Shown here: positions 43,648 to 53,929 of the stretch, one piece after another
How the letters are laid out: each line of letters starts with the position of its first letter
How positions within the stretch are numbered: position 1 is the first letter of the stretch
Source of the DNA: Bacteroidales bacterium
GTDB lineage: Bacteria > Bacteroidota > Bacteroidia > Bacteroidales > UBA1715
Direction: 5' to 3'
Length of the DNA: 64,000 bases
Assembly: GCA_016714605.1 (NCBI GenBank)
Contig: JADKDL010000027.1
Coordinates: forward strand, 1,527-65,526
The notes under the pieces: generated by a model
Told to the model about the DNA's origin: nothing
Databases searched by the model: none
Seen by the model: only the letters and a program-made list of their open reading frames with translations
Made by a program: the position numbers and the translations under genes

Positions 43648-44451
43648 CTATTGTGTATAGGTATGTACACTTGTTTGGGCAGTTGCCAAATAGTTAATAC
43701 CAAACCAACAGATAAGCAAAACTATGAATGCTATTGCCAAGAGCCAAAGTTGCGTTTTTGTTTTTTGCGGATAGTAATATGTTGCATGTAAATAGAGCAT
43801 ATATGCCAACCAAGTAAGTAGCGCCCATACTTCCTTCGGATCCCAAGTCCAGTAGTGCCCCCATGCTTCTTTGGCCCAAAGTGCTCCGAAAAGTAATCCG
43901 AGGGTTAGAAATGCAAATCCGGCTCGCACAAGCGAACGGGCAACGACAATTATCTCAGGATTAAACTTTTTAAATTGTAATAAAACCAAGCCTTTTATTG
44001 CTATAATGCACGAAACGGCCAAAAGTGCGTAGGCAAACATATAAACTATTACATGCGGCACAAACCAGATACTCTGCAGTGCGGGCATAAGTGTTTTGTC
44101 GTGTATTTCGGGGTTGAAAATATTTATGAGCATAAAAACCACTGAAAGCATTATACTGTAAGCCATAACCCAGTTGTAACGCCAACGCACATAATATAAA
44201 TATCCAACTATAGGAATCAAAAGGGAATACCATAATCGGGTTTCGCCTAGTGTTCGCATGGGTGGACGATCTATGTATGTCCAAAATAGTACTATAAACA
44301 CTAAATGTGCTGCAATACCGCTTGTAATACTGATATGAACAATTGCTTTCTTAAAGGTATCGGTAAAAGGCAGGTACATAGCTGCAATTCCTACCAACCA
44401 TACAATGATAGAAGCAAATGCGAAATATGGAAATTCGTGCCAGGTTATCAT
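43648..44451 (-). CDS. ccsA: Cytochrome c biogenesis (system II) heme-handling protein CcsA/ResC.
   Basis: Trp-rich WWD-type motif WGHYWTWDPKEVWALLTWLAY in a multi-pass membrane protein. Confidence 0.75.
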   Translation of the reverse strand: MITWHEFPYFAFASIIVWLVGIAAMYLPFTDTFKKAIVHISITSGIAAHLVFIVLFWTYIDRPPMRTLGETRLWYSLLIPIVGYLYYVRWRYNWVMAYSIMLSVVFMLINIFNPEIHDKTLMPALQSIWFVPHVIVYMFAYALLAVSCIIAIKGLVLLQFKKFNPEIIVVARSLVRAGFAFLTLGLLFGALWAKEAWGHYWTWDPKEVWALLTWLAYMLYLHATYYYPQKTKTQLWLLAIAFIVLLICWFGINYLATAQTSVHTYTQ

Positions 44452-45683
44452 TGTTCGCTTTGTTTAGAGTTGTCGTTACTGCTACCTCTTGTAAAGAGTA
44501 AATATATGCTTCCCAAAATTACCATTGCCAAACCGATATAAACAAGTATAAGCCATGGGTCGTGAACTATTTGTAGTACACTTACATCAGACCAACGCCC
44601 TTTTTGTGTATCGTAGTCGTACTGGTATATACTCCAAAGTCCCATATTATAAGGTTTGTTTACTTCTATCGTTACCGTGTCTATTTCTTTATTTATGTTG
44701 GTAATTACAACATTTGAACTAAATTTTTTTGCTTCGGCAGTAGATAAAGCAATCGTTCTATTGTTGCTTACTGTAAGCATATTTGGTTGTTCGTTATTGC
44801 TTCCGTTACTTATCCAGCCTGTATAGTTGGTGTCTTGTTGTGTGTCATAGACTGAAACCAGGAATGCTTGGCATGAGCCTATTGTGTCAAATTCCACGAA
44901 GGTGTTTTTGCGAAATACTGCGGTCATCAATCTCTTTTGTACTTTAATTTGCAATCCTTCTAGTGCAAACAAACTATCGTTTTTGGCATTGGGTATAAAA
45001 GCTTGTATAGTTGTTTCGGTTTTGCTGTTGGAAGGCTTTATAAGTAGGGGCTTGGCTGCATATTCTTCCATTGAGAAATCTAAAAGCTTTAGGGTAAAGG
45101 GTAACTGAATAGGGGTTTTCTTTTTGTCGAAAGCTATCCACGATGTGCGATTTTCTTGTAACGATATTGAAACATCAGTTATATCGGCATTGCCAATGAT
45201 ACCTGCAAATACAGCCAACCATAAGCCAAAGTGATTCAATATGAAACCAATGTTCTTCCACTTAAATGGAACGAGCCGTTTGAGCGATACAAACCCCAAG
45301 GTGATAAGAAAAAAAACAATTGCGAAAATAAAATACCAAGTATTCAGTAAATTATGTATGCCCAATAAATTGTTTGAGGCATCGTTGGTTTGCGGTATAA
45401 AACCCATAGCCAATGTAAGAATGCCAAGCAACGATATAGAGCTTATAGCTGCCGGTACCGATGCCAACCACTGTATAAGTCTTGCGTGTTTTAATCCGAA
45501 ATATGAAAGTACAATTGCATTTACAAAAATAAGTGCAATTGCCAACGAAAATGGAAATTTTAACTTCTCAATTTCGATTGTTGGAATAGCAAACTGGAGC
45601 AGAACACCTATAAGAAATAGAGCAACTGTAATAACGGTACTTTCTCTATAGCCCCATTTTTCGCTTTTAAATATTTCTTCCAT
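44448..45683 (-). CDS. ccsB: Cytochrome c biogenesis protein CcsB/ResB-like.
   Basis: Membrane protein with a large periplasmic insert. It sits directly upstream of ccsA with a 4-bp overlap. Confidence 0.6.
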   Translation of the reverse strand: MEEIFKSEKWGYRESTVITVALFLIGVLLQFAIPTIEIEKLKFPFSLAIALIFVNAIVLSYFGLKHARLIQWLASVPAAISSISLLGILTLAMGFIPQTNDASNNLLGIHNLLNTWYFIFAIVFFLITLGFVSLKRLVPFKWKNIGFILNHFGLWLAVFAGIIGNADITDVSISLQENRTSWIAFDKKKTPIQLPFTLKLLDFSMEEYAAKPLLIKPSNSKTETTIQAFIPNAKNDSLFALEGLQIKVQKRLMTAVFRKNTFVEFDTIGSCQAFLVSVYDTQQDTNYTGWISNGSNNEQPNMLTVSNNRTIALSTAEAKKFSSNVVITNINKEIDTVTIEVNKPYNMGLWSIYQYDYDTQKGRWSDVSVLQIVHDPWLILVYIGLAMVILGSIYLLFTRGSSNDNSKQSEQ

Positions 45684-45697
45684 TTACTATATTCTTA

Positions 45698-46891
45698 TCA
45701 GCAACCACCTTTTGCTTTTTTTACGTTTTTCGGTTTTACTACATTATTTTTATTTTTCTCAATAAGTACTTTTAGTTCTTCACTTGCTTTGGTTACAAAT
45801 GCTTTGTCGTCGGGCGAATAGGAGTTAAGCACATCGCTCGATACCGAAAGTATTCCATTCTCGAATGTTTGATATCCGCCTTTTAGAATAAAGAAGTTTT
45901 GAAAACCGAGCGTTTGAAGAATCTTTAGTACTCTTATTTCGTCGAGTTCAGAATCTGCAATAATAATTTTTTTCTTGTCGGGATTGTCGAATATGTCTGT
46001 CCAACCTTTGTTTGCCAAATCGGTGTATGCAATATTTATAGAACCGGGAAGTCCGTTTTTTGCATAGAGCTTTTCGTCTCGTGTGTCGATGAGTAGTATT
46101 TCTTTGTCTTTATCTAAAATACGAAATGCAAGTTCGCGAGAGTCTATATATCTAACATCTATTGTACTTAAATCAATAATTTCTGCTTTGCGGTACAGAC
46201 TGGTGTTGAAATCGGTTACAAACAGCATTATAATACCAATGAGCATTGTACCACCAATAGCAGCTGTGTGGTATGGTTTGTCTTTTATAAGTTGCAGTGA
46301 AAGTTTCACAGGTGTTTTATTCACTTTTTGCTCTATGATATAGGTTGCTACAAATGCTGCTAATGCTACAAAAATCAATAGAAATACAAATACACCTCGC
46401 GGCATTTCTAGGGAGTCGAAAACCAGTAAATCGCCAAGGTACGAACTTGTGTAAAATTCGTCGTATAGCGGAAACCCTTCAACAAATAGGAATGCTCCAA
46501 CCAGAAGTCCGGCTACAAATACCATTGCATCAATCTTCCCGATGGAAAGTGCTGCAATACTAGTCCCCGGACAAAATCCGCCCATTATGAAACCTAGTCC
46601 CATTATACAACCGCCAACAATAGCAGGCCACACATAAGTTGGATTTATGTATATTGCCGACAAATCGAGCAATCCAAATCGGTTAAGTAAAATAATACCT
46701 ACAACGGCAGTAACTGCTGCGGTAAAAAACACTCGGAGTACAACAAAATCGTACCCGTAAAATACTCCGGCAAGTTTGCGTGTCGATGAAAATCCGGCTT
46801 GCTCCAGTACATAGCCAAAGCCTATACCAATAAGCAATGCAAGTAAATAGTCGAAGTCGGCATCTATAATATTTCCTACAAGTGGTCCCAT
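45698..46891 (-). CDS. YeeE/YedE-family sulfur-compound transport protein fused to a C-terminal rhodanese-like domain.
   Basis: Gly-rich TM repeats (GGCIMGLGFIMGGFCPGTS) with the conserved Cys. C-terminal KNGLPGSINIAY...ILKGGYQTFENG is rhodanese-like. Confidence 0.65.
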   Translation of the reverse strand: MGPLVGNIIDADFDYLLALLIGIGFGYVLEQAGFSSTRKLAGVFYGYDFVVLRVFFTAAVTAVVGIILLNRFGLLDLSAIYINPTYVWPAIVGGCIMGLGFIMGGFCPGTSIAALSIGKIDAMVFVAGLLVGAFLFVEGFPLYDEFYTSSYLGDLLVFDSLEMPRGVFVFLLIFVALAAFVATYIIEQKVNKTPVKLSLQLIKDKPYHTAAIGGTMLIGIIMLFVTDFNTSLYRKAEIIDLSTIDVRYIDSRELAFRILDKDKEILLIDTRDEKLYAKNGLPGSINIAYTDLANKGWTDIFDNPDKKKIIIADSELDEIRVLKILQTLGFQNFFILKGGYQTFENGILSVSSDVLNSYSPDDKAFVTKASEELKVLIEKNKNNVVKPKNVKKAKGGC

Positions 46892-46910
46892 ACAATTTTT
46901 TGTTTACTAT

Positions 46911-47426
46911 TTAAATCCAAAGTTTTCTGAAGAAGTATGCAAATAGGTAACCGCTGCCAAATATTGCAAGCATGGTTATAAACCCTCCGGTAGAAAGAAC
47001 TCCCATGCCACTGAGTGCTGCACCGCTGGTACAACCTCTGCCAAACTGCGCTCCGAAAGAAAAGAGAATACCTCCTGCAAAAGCAAAAATAAGTCGGGTG
47101 TTTGAACTAATTCGTGGTCCTTTATCTATTCGGAGTGTAAGCCTGTTTGAAAGCATTCCTGATAAGAAACCGCCAATTATAACTCCTAACACTTCGAAAA
47201 CTAGCCACGATTTCAGTGGATTAGGTGCATTGTTTACATGTTGTTCATAGTATAAGCTTTCGTTTGTATGTTCGGGAGCAACAGTACTTACCACCGAAAC
47301 AACACAGCTTTTTACTGCGCCACTGGCACCAAGTCCTCTGCCCGAAATAAGTACCGACGCAATAAGTACCAACCCAAGTAAGACTCCGGCTATATATGGG
47401 TTCATATGATTTTTTAGTGTTTCCAT
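46911..47426 (-). CDS. YeeE/YedE-family membrane protein (second half-transporter).
   Basis: GRGLGASGA...FGRGCTSGAALSGMG. Confidence 0.6.
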   Translation of the reverse strand: METLKNHMNPYIAGVLLGLVLIASVLISGRGLGASGAVKSCVVSVVSTVAPEHTNESLYYEQHVNNAPNPLKSWLVFEVLGVIIGGFLSGMLSNRLTLRIDKGPRISSNTRLIFAFAGGILFSFGAQFGRGCTSGAALSGMGVLSTGGFITMLAIFGSGYLFAYFFRKLWI

Positions 47427-47467
47427 CTTATATCTGTTTCAAGTATTTCTTGACTATTGCTGTTCTA

Positions 47468-48142
47468 TTATTCGTTTACTGTTTCTGCTTCTTCTTCGGC
47501 CGATTGAGATGCAGTAAGTTTCTTCTCCACTTCATTATCATCTTCAAACTCTTCGTATCCGGTAAGCATTGCTTTTAGGTTTGATAGTACGGTGTGTCCG
47601 GTGGTTATTAGATATACATGTGCTATGATAAATGCAATAATAAGGAATGCTCCAAGTGTATGAAGTGTGGCTACTGTTTCTAAGCCGTCTATATTCAGAC
47701 TTTCTATAGCTCCTTGGTGTTCGTATCGGTAAAACATATACAATAGTCCGGTAAAAATAAGAAGCGGAATAAGTACCACTTTCAACCCAAAATATACCAG
47801 TCGTTGAAGCGGATTGAGTTTGCTCAGTTGTGTTTTACGAACCGGATGTGGTGCGTTTTTGAATATGCCAAACAGATAATAATTTGCCTGATCTTTCATG
47901 TTTTTTACTGTGGGGATATACTGTTTCCACTCGTCGGTAGCAAAATGCCAGAATATGGTAAATACTACGAGTACCAAAAACGTTATAGCTGCAAATTCAT
48001 GATAACGAACAGCCTCTTCATATCCGAAAAACTGGTATGAACCATGAATTTCAAAACCGGTAAAGAGTAATAAAAATACAATAAACATTTGTGTCCAATG
48101 CCAAAAGCGTTCGTAGGCTTTGTATATGTAAACTTTATTCAT
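47468..48142 (-). CDS. Membrane b-type cytochrome subunit (PhsC/FdnI/hydrogenase cytochrome-b-like). Likely the quinol-oxidising partner of the adjacent multiheme cytochrome.
   Basis: ERFWHWTQMFIVFLLLFTGFEIHG, four TM helices with conserved His (HEFAAITF, HTLGAFLIIAFIIAHVY). Confidence 0.6.
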   Translation of the reverse strand: MNKVYIYKAYERFWHWTQMFIVFLLLFTGFEIHGSYQFFGYEEAVRYHEFAAITFLVLVVFTIFWHFATDEWKQYIPTVKNMKDQANYYLFGIFKNAPHPVRKTQLSKLNPLQRLVYFGLKVVLIPLLIFTGLLYMFYRYEHQGAIESLNIDGLETVATLHTLGAFLIIAFIIAHVYLITTGHTVLSNLKAMLTGYEEFEDDNEVEKKLTASQSAEEEAETVNE

Positions 48143-48174
48143 TTATGATATGGATATAAAATTATGTATCGTTT

Positions 48175-49737
48175 TTATTTCTTTCTTTTATGTGCTGATA
48201 AAATTCGAAGTAAGCCATGCCCTAATACTCCTGCAAGGGTAAGTATGATTATTATAAGTCCGAATTTATCAACAAAGGTATTGAAATCGCGCCCTGGCAT
48301 ATAAAATCCCGACACGTTTTTTAATCTTCCATCGCGGCTGTGGCATTCTATACAACTCACTGCCGATTCTTTTTTCGACACCATATAGTTTATAGGCCAG
48401 TACATCTCGGTGTGCACAAAACCATAATCGCCACTATATTTCTGGTCTATATATTCCATACCTTTTTGAGAGGCTTTTTGCCAGTTAAAATCTGTCCAGA
48501 ATGCACCATTGCCTTCAACAGAGTCGGAGAGATTGGGCTGAATAAGTACTTTATTCTTTTTGTCGTATACTTGTTTACCTCTATGTATTTTTACCGGAAT
48601 TATTTGCGCATCTCTATCTTCATAGCTTCCATAGAGCTGATTCATTTTTACCACTTGAGTAGTATCAGAAATTGTATCGCCTACTAAATAATGGTTTGCT
48701 GTACCGTTGAACCATACATACTCGGGTTCAACATTTTTTCCCCACACAAAATCGCCCTTTATAGAAAGGTAGGAGTGGTTGCCCATGCTGTCTTCTTCGT
48801 GATACGGTTTGCCGTCTTTTAGCTTTCCGGCAGTAGACCAGTCCCAATACATTTTAGTAGCATTAACTTTTGCATATGTAGGAATATGGCAAGTCTGACA
48901 AGCTACTTTGAGCGAATGCTCGTTTATTATAGTTTCTTTATGAGGCATACTGGTGTGGCAGTCGGTACATAATGCACGGTTGCGGTTCATCGACGATACT
49001 GCATATAATTTACCCTTCATTACATGTTTTTCAGCCGGATGGCAGTCTATACATTCCATGTTCAGACCATCATAGCCCATGTGTACATCTACATCGGTAC
49101 CAGAGGTGAGAAGAGCGTCTTCCAAATCGCCATGTTTTACATTGTTGCCACCGCCACCGTAAAAGTGACAAGATCCGCAGTTGGTTTTCATTGGTTTGCC
49201 AACATTTTGTGCAACCTTATTTAGGTCAACCGAATCGTCGGGCATACCTGCGCCACCATTTTTCTTGGTGTATTTGCCCGAATTGTCGTGGCACACGAGG
49301 CAGTCTATATTTTTCTGATCGGTAAAGTCGTACGATTTATGATTCCAACCATATCCGGCATGACAGCGGTTGCACGAAGCTTCGTTGGTGCCTATGCCAA
49401 TACAAAAATTATTGAGCAAGTTCTTTTTTCCTACATTGGTAATACCTCTACCTTCAACATATTCCTCGCGCGACCATAAAAAATGAGCACTTTTGAGCAT
49501 CTCCTCACCACGTCCGGTATGGCAGGTAAGACAAGCAGCCGTAGCATCTTGCGGATTGGCAAACGGTTTTTGCAGAATTTCAAATTTACTATGATCGACC
49601 GATGATGTTTCGCGCACACTGTATTCTTTTTGCAGACCTTGCAAAACAGTTTCGCGGGTTTGGTTTTTTGTAAGAATTACAACCAATGCAATTATAATGA
49701 TATTTATGACCAGCAGGTAGATGAATATTTTCTTCAT
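48175..49737 (-). CDS. Membrane-anchored octaheme c-type cytochrome. Candidate tetrathionate/nitrite/hydroxylamine-reductase-family (OTR/ONR/HAO-like) respiratory reductase.
   Basis: Eight CxxCH motifs: CLTCH, CNRCH, CLVCH, CGSCH, CIDCH, CTDCH, CQTCH, CIECH. Single N-terminal TM anchor. Confidence 0.65.
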   Translation of the reverse strand: MKKIFIYLLVINIIIIALVVILTKNQTRETVLQGLQKEYSVRETSSVDHSKFEILQKPFANPQDATAACLTCHTGRGEEMLKSAHFLWSREEYVEGRGITNVGKKNLLNNFCIGIGTNEASCNRCHAGYGWNHKSYDFTDQKNIDCLVCHDNSGKYTKKNGGAGMPDDSVDLNKVAQNVGKPMKTNCGSCHFYGGGGNNVKHGDLEDALLTSGTDVDVHMGYDGLNMECIDCHPAEKHVMKGKLYAVSSMNRNRALCTDCHTSMPHKETIINEHSLKVACQTCHIPTYAKVNATKMYWDWSTAGKLKDGKPYHEEDSMGNHSYLSIKGDFVWGKNVEPEYVWFNGTANHYLVGDTISDTTQVVKMNQLYGSYEDRDAQIIPVKIHRGKQVYDKKNKVLIQPNLSDSVEGNGAFWTDFNWQKASQKGMEYIDQKYSGDYGFVHTEMYWPINYMVSKKESAVSCIECHSRDGRLKNVSGFYMPGRDFNTFVDKFGLIIIILTLAGVLGHGLLRILSAHKRKK

Positions 49738-49970
49738 AAAACGGTGCGTATGGTTTGAAAGTTAGTTGATACGAGTATCTATAAACAAAGATATTATTTG
49801 TTGAACAATATAATGTGACCAAAGTCACACAAGTCCAAAAAATCAACGACGTTTGAACTTTTAGAAACGAACATAATTTTATAATGTATTAATAATGAGA
49901 CTTATAAAATTTTGTATTTTTGAGATGGGAGTGATAAATATCATTGAGGAGAGAAAGTATTTTCACTATT

Positions 49971-51320
49971 TTATAGAGCCAATTTTAATAACTGAAATAA
50001 CTTCACACTAAAATCCTTATTACTCATAAAATGTATATGTGCATAGCCGGCAAGTACATTTTTGTATGAGAGTCCGCAGGTCCAAGAAATGTTTGTTTCG
50101 GGTTTTCTAAGAGAGAATTTTTTACTGTAGTTTTTATTATCGGGTTCTACTAGGGTAGAGCTGTGAAATTCATGGCAACGAGAAGTAGTCTCATCAAAAC
50201 CAATTTCAGCATAACCAAATCGTTGTAGTTTAGTGGTCATTTGAGTTCTACAGTTAAACACACCACACATTTCAAATTGTTCATTCTCCAAAGTCTCAAT
50301 AGCTTGAGTTAAGTACATCAGTCCGCCACATTCGGCATAGATAGGAGTGCCACATTCGGCTTTGTCTCTTATACTTTTCAGCATAGATTTATTGCTACTC
50401 AATGTTTCTGCAAACACCTCAGGGTAACCGCCACCAATATATACAGCATGGCAGTGAGCAGGCACTTCTTTATCTCTCAGCGGACTAAAATAGTGCAATG
50501 TAGCACCGCAGTGCTGCAATAATTCTAAATTATCGGCATAGTAAAAAAGAAAAGCCTCATCGTGAGCTACCGCAAGATTCAAACCTTTAAGTTCATGCCC
50601 GACCCAGGTTTCCAATATTGTATTTTCATTAATAGAAGGGGAGTACAGAGTACTCTTTAAAAGCGTTTCAACATCTATGGTTTGATGCAAGGTACTTGTA
50701 AGTAATGTAATTTTAGAAAGTAAATCTTTAGTCTCCGCAGCCTGAACCAAGCCGAGATGTCTGCTTTCGAGTGAAATTTCTTTCAGAGGAGGCAGGTAGC
50801 CAATACACTTCACCTTGCATTCTTTCTCAATAAGAAGCTTTAGAAATTCATATTGCTGTTTGTTTGCAACCTGATTGAGAATAACACCAACAATAAGATT
50901 ATCTGGCTGCATAGAGCAATAGCCCTTTACAATAGCCACTACCGACTGGTACAGACCCATACAATTTATGGTAAGAATAATAGGAATTCTGAGCGTTTTA
51001 GCCAATTCATACGAACTTCCGGTAGCTTCTTCGCCCATGCCGTCATACAATCCCATGACGCCCTCAACAACTGCCACATCGCAATCTTTTGAGTGAGCAT
51101 GAAAAAGAGCATGTATTACAGCCGGCGACATTAAATAGCTATCTAAATTATAAGACGAAACACCCGAAACAAACTCATGAAAACGAGGGTCTATATAGTC
51201 GGGACCAGTTTTAAACGGAGCAACATTTAGTTTCAAGTCTTTAAGCAAAGCCATGAGTCCAATGGTAATTGTAGTTTTCCCACAACCGCTATTAGTGCCG
51301 GCTATCATGAAGGCATTCAT
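49971..51320 (-). CDS. cbiA: Cobyrinic acid a,c-diamide synthase (CbiA/CobB).
   Basis: MIAGTNSGCGKTTITIGLMALL...APFKTGPDYIDP. C-terminal glutamine-amidotransferase part with IYAECGGLMYL. Confidence 0.8.
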   Translation of the reverse strand: MNAFMIAGTNSGCGKTTITIGLMALLKDLKLNVAPFKTGPDYIDPRFHEFVSGVSSYNLDSYLMSPAVIHALFHAHSKDCDVAVVEGVMGLYDGMGEEATGSSYELAKTLRIPIILTINCMGLYQSVVAIVKGYCSMQPDNLIVGVILNQVANKQQYEFLKLLIEKECKVKCIGYLPPLKEISLESRHLGLVQAAETKDLLSKITLLTSTLHQTIDVETLLKSTLYSPSINENTILETWVGHELKGLNLAVAHDEAFLFYYADNLELLQHCGATLHYFSPLRDKEVPAHCHAVYIGGGYPEVFAETLSSNKSMLKSIRDKAECGTPIYAECGGLMYLTQAIETLENEQFEMCGVFNCRTQMTTKLQRFGYAEIGFDETTSRCHEFHSSTLVEPDNKNYSKKFSLRKPETNISWTCGLSYKNVLAGYAHIHFMSNKDFSVKLFQLLKLAL

Positions 51321-51662
51321 TTGTAAGTTCTTTATAGAGGTTTAAAATATTGCCAAATATAAAGAAATGAATTTATTTCTGAATCAATTGGTATGAGTTC
51401 AATTATGGCAAAATGGAATGAGCACAGAGGGAGTATAAAATTGATTGAGTAAACTCAAAGACCGAAGCCCAAAATAAAATCTCTTTGCTTTGGAAATACT
51501 AAAGAATAAAACTACTTTAGAAGTCGAAAAATAAACAGATATATACGGAATAGAATAGCTGAGTTACGTATATAGGGATGTTACCCAACATAATAACGAA
51601 ATTCGCAACAACTTGAGACAGAAAAATAAAAAATGAATATTAACAATAAAAATTAGATTAAA

Positions 51663-52802
51663 ATGAATAACAAAAAAAAAGGAATTCAATTTTACATATT
51701 AATAGCGATAGGTATGATGATGTTTTTTGCAAGTAGTTGCAAGAAAGATGAAGCAACAGTAAAAAAAGACCCAATAATCACATGGTCAAATCCTACTGAT
51801 ATTACCGTTGGCACATTGCTAAGTGCCACACAGCTAAATGCCACAGCCGATGTTGCAGGTACATTTGTTTACACACCACCAATTGGAACAACTCTTTCTG
51901 TAGGTGCTAATCAGGATTTAAAAGTTGATTTTACACCCTCCGATTTGTCAGCATACAATGTAGCAAGTAAAACAGTTAAAATAAATATTGTTGCTAATTC
52001 TACACCAACTAATATTCAAACAGTAAACATCCCAGCCGGCACCTTTATCATGGGCAGCCCTTCTACAGAAGTAAACAGAATGACAAACGAAACCCAATAC
52101 TCGGTAACGCTTAGCGCTTTTCGCATAAGCAAGTACGAAGTAACCAATGCCCAATATGCAGCATTTCTCAATGCCAAAGGCATAGGCAGCAATGGTTTGT
52201 ATGCAGCAGGTGCATATCCAACACAAGCCTTAATTTATTCCAGTAGTGGCAGTTACGACTGGGGTTTGCATTACAACACCAATAAATGGGAGCCGGTTGC
52301 AGGTTACGAAAACAACCCTGTAATAGAAGTAACATGGTACGGAGCAACAGAGTTTGCTACGTATGCAGGTGGTACTTTGCCCACCGAGGCACAATGGGAA
52401 TATGCTTGCCGCGCAGGCACTAGCACTCCTTTTAATACAGGTAATTTTTTAACCAACCTGCAAGCAAATTATGATTGGGCATGGCCATATCCATATAATA
52501 GTGGTACCAATACTGTAACTACCTGCCCTGGCAAAACCCAAGCCGTAGGTACTTATGCAGCTAATGCTTGGGGCTTGCACGATATGCACGGCAATGTATG
52601 GGAATGGTGCAGCGACTGGTACGGCACTTATCCCACCACAGCACAGACCAATCCTACAGGTGCTGCAACGGGCTCGTACCGCGTGTATCGTGGCGGCAGT
52701 TGGGGCGACAACGCTATGTTTTGCCGCTCGGCTCTTCGTAACGACTTCATCCCGAACAACAGCCGTAACTATTTAGGGTTTCGTGTTGTGTTCGTCCCTT
52801 AG
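51663..52802 (+). CDS. Lipoprotein with an N-terminal Ig-like segment and a formylglycine-generating-enzyme (SUMF1/FGE-sulfatase) family domain.
   Basis: Lipobox FFASSC. HGNVWEWCSDWY and YRVYRGGSWGDNAMFCRSALRN...GFRVV. Confidence 0.75.
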   Translation: MNNKKKGIQFYILIAIGMMMFFASSCKKDEATVKKDPIITWSNPTDITVGTLLSATQLNATADVAGTFVYTPPIGTTLSVGANQDLKVDFTPSDLSAYNVASKTVKINIVANSTPTNIQTVNIPAGTFIMGSPSTEVNRMTNETQYSVTLSAFRISKYEVTNAQYAAFLNAKGIGSNGLYAAGAYPTQALIYSSSGSYDWGLHYNTNKWEPVAGYENNPVIEVTWYGATEFATYAGGTLPTEAQWEYACRAGTSTPFNTGNFLTNLQANYDWAWPYPYNSGTNTVTTCPGKTQAVGTYAANAWGLHDMHGNVWEWCSDWYGTYPTTAQTNPTGAATGSYRVYRGGSWGDNAMFCRSALRNDFIPNNSRNYLGFRVVFVP

Positions 52803-52919
52803 TTCAGTGTTTAGGGTTTTGAGCTAAAAAAGAGAGCAATTTCTTTAACGGAGTGAAGCAAAGGAGGGAGGGACGACCGACTAAGTGAACGAAGTAAAAG
52901 GAATTGCTTTAAATGAATA

Positions 52920-53215
52920 CCGCCCCTCGTTCGGCTCCGGCTGTGCCTGAGCTGGTCATATTTCAATAGGCTATTTCCTATAAATTAGAAAATAAGCATT
53001 ATATGCAGATTGAGCTAGTATATTTGAAATTTTGAAAGGTTTAAATTTTATGGAAAATAATTTTAAAGAAAGGCAAAGCCTTGTACACTATAAACGATAT
53101 AGGCACAGCCTAAGCCCAACGGGGTTTATAGTACGATAATTCGAGTTTGTAACTTGGACTTTACGAAGTAAGGGTGTATAAATTTTAAAAGGCACGAGCT
53201 ACAAGTTCGTGCCAT
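52920..53215. repeat. Copy A of a ~290-bp intergenic repeat family. Its core is flanked by ~21-bp inverted repeats, it contains a conserved small ORF, and it ends in a 3' hairpin module (ggcacgagctacaagttcgtgcc).
   Basis: About 190 bp near-identical to 53930-54120 (ggctgtgcctgagc.ggtcatatttcaataggctat...aaagaaaggcaaagccttgtaca). The 3' module recurs at 63835-63945. Confidence 0.75.
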
Positions 53216-53286
53216 ACAATGATTTAGGAATGTTAGTGGCAAGGAAAAGAAAAAAGAAAAACATGTTTTGAGAAATTGAATTATCT

Positions 53287-53775
53287 TTGTATGATAAGTA
53301 TACAATCATGAAAGTTAGATATTATATAGACACATCTGTTTTTGGAGGAATTTTTGACGAAGAGTTTCAAGAATTTTCCAATCTGCTTTTTGAAAAAATA
53401 GACAAAGAAGATATTGTGATATTCTATTCGGAATTGACTGAAAAGGAGTTGAAAAAAGCACCTCAAAGAATTAAAGATTTTATCATTCAATTACCATCTG
53501 ACAGAATAGAGTATTTGGAAATTTCAAAAGAGGCTTTTGATTTGGCATTACAATATATATCTGAAAAAGTTGTTGGAGAGACAAGTTACGATGATTGTGT
53601 GCATATCGCTTTAGCGACAATTAATAGGGCTGACGTTTTGATTAGTTGGAATTTTAAACATATTGTAAATTTAAAGAGAATACATGGATACAATGCTGTT
53701 AATATGAAGCTTGGCTATCCAATTTTAGAGATTCGCTCACCAAAAGAAATGATTGATTATGAAGACAAAAATTGA
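53287..53775 (+). CDS. PIN-domain (VapC-like) protein.
   Basis: MKVRYYIDTSVFGG (first acidic residue), then DDCVHIALATINRADVLISWN. Confidence 0.55.
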   Translation: MYDKYTIMKVRYYIDTSVFGGIFDEEFQEFSNLLFEKIDKEDIVIFYSELTEKELKKAPQRIKDFIIQLPSDRIEYLEISKEAFDLALQYISEKVVGETSYDDCVHIALATINRADVLISWNFKHIVNLKRIHGYNAVNMKLGYPILEIRSPKEMIDYEDKN

Positions 53776-53914
53776 AAAAACATTTGATGCTGTAGAATTC
53801 ATGCGTCAACAAAGAGATGCAATAAGTAAAGATATTGCTAATATGACATATGAGCAATTAAAGCAATATTTTGCAAAAAGTAAGACTGATGAAAGAATCA
53901 TTCCAAGCCGCTAA
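53759..53914 (+). CDS. Small ORF (51 aa) overlapping the 3' end of the PIN gene. Possible cognate partner.
   Basis: atgaagacaaaaattgaa...; MKTKIEKTFDAVEFMRQQRDAISKDIANMTYEQLKQYFAK. Confidence 0.3.
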   Translation: MKTKIEKTFDAVEFMRQQRDAISKDIANMTYEQLKQYFAKSKTDERIIPSR

Positions 53915-53929
53915 CATGCAGTCAGCGAA

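Noticed and set aside
43591-43791. Plus-strand ORF 43591..43791 in the intergenic region upstream of ccsA
   Set aside because: Cys-rich low-complexity translation overlapping the 3' end of the minus-strand ccsA gene. No support.
51321-51662. Possible third B12 riboswitch upstream of cbiA
   Set aside because: No B12 box (GCCACTG/CAGTGGC) or conserved aptamer segments are visible in this region.
53281-53490. Minus-strand ORF 53281..53490
   Set aside because: Antisense to the PIN-domain gene.
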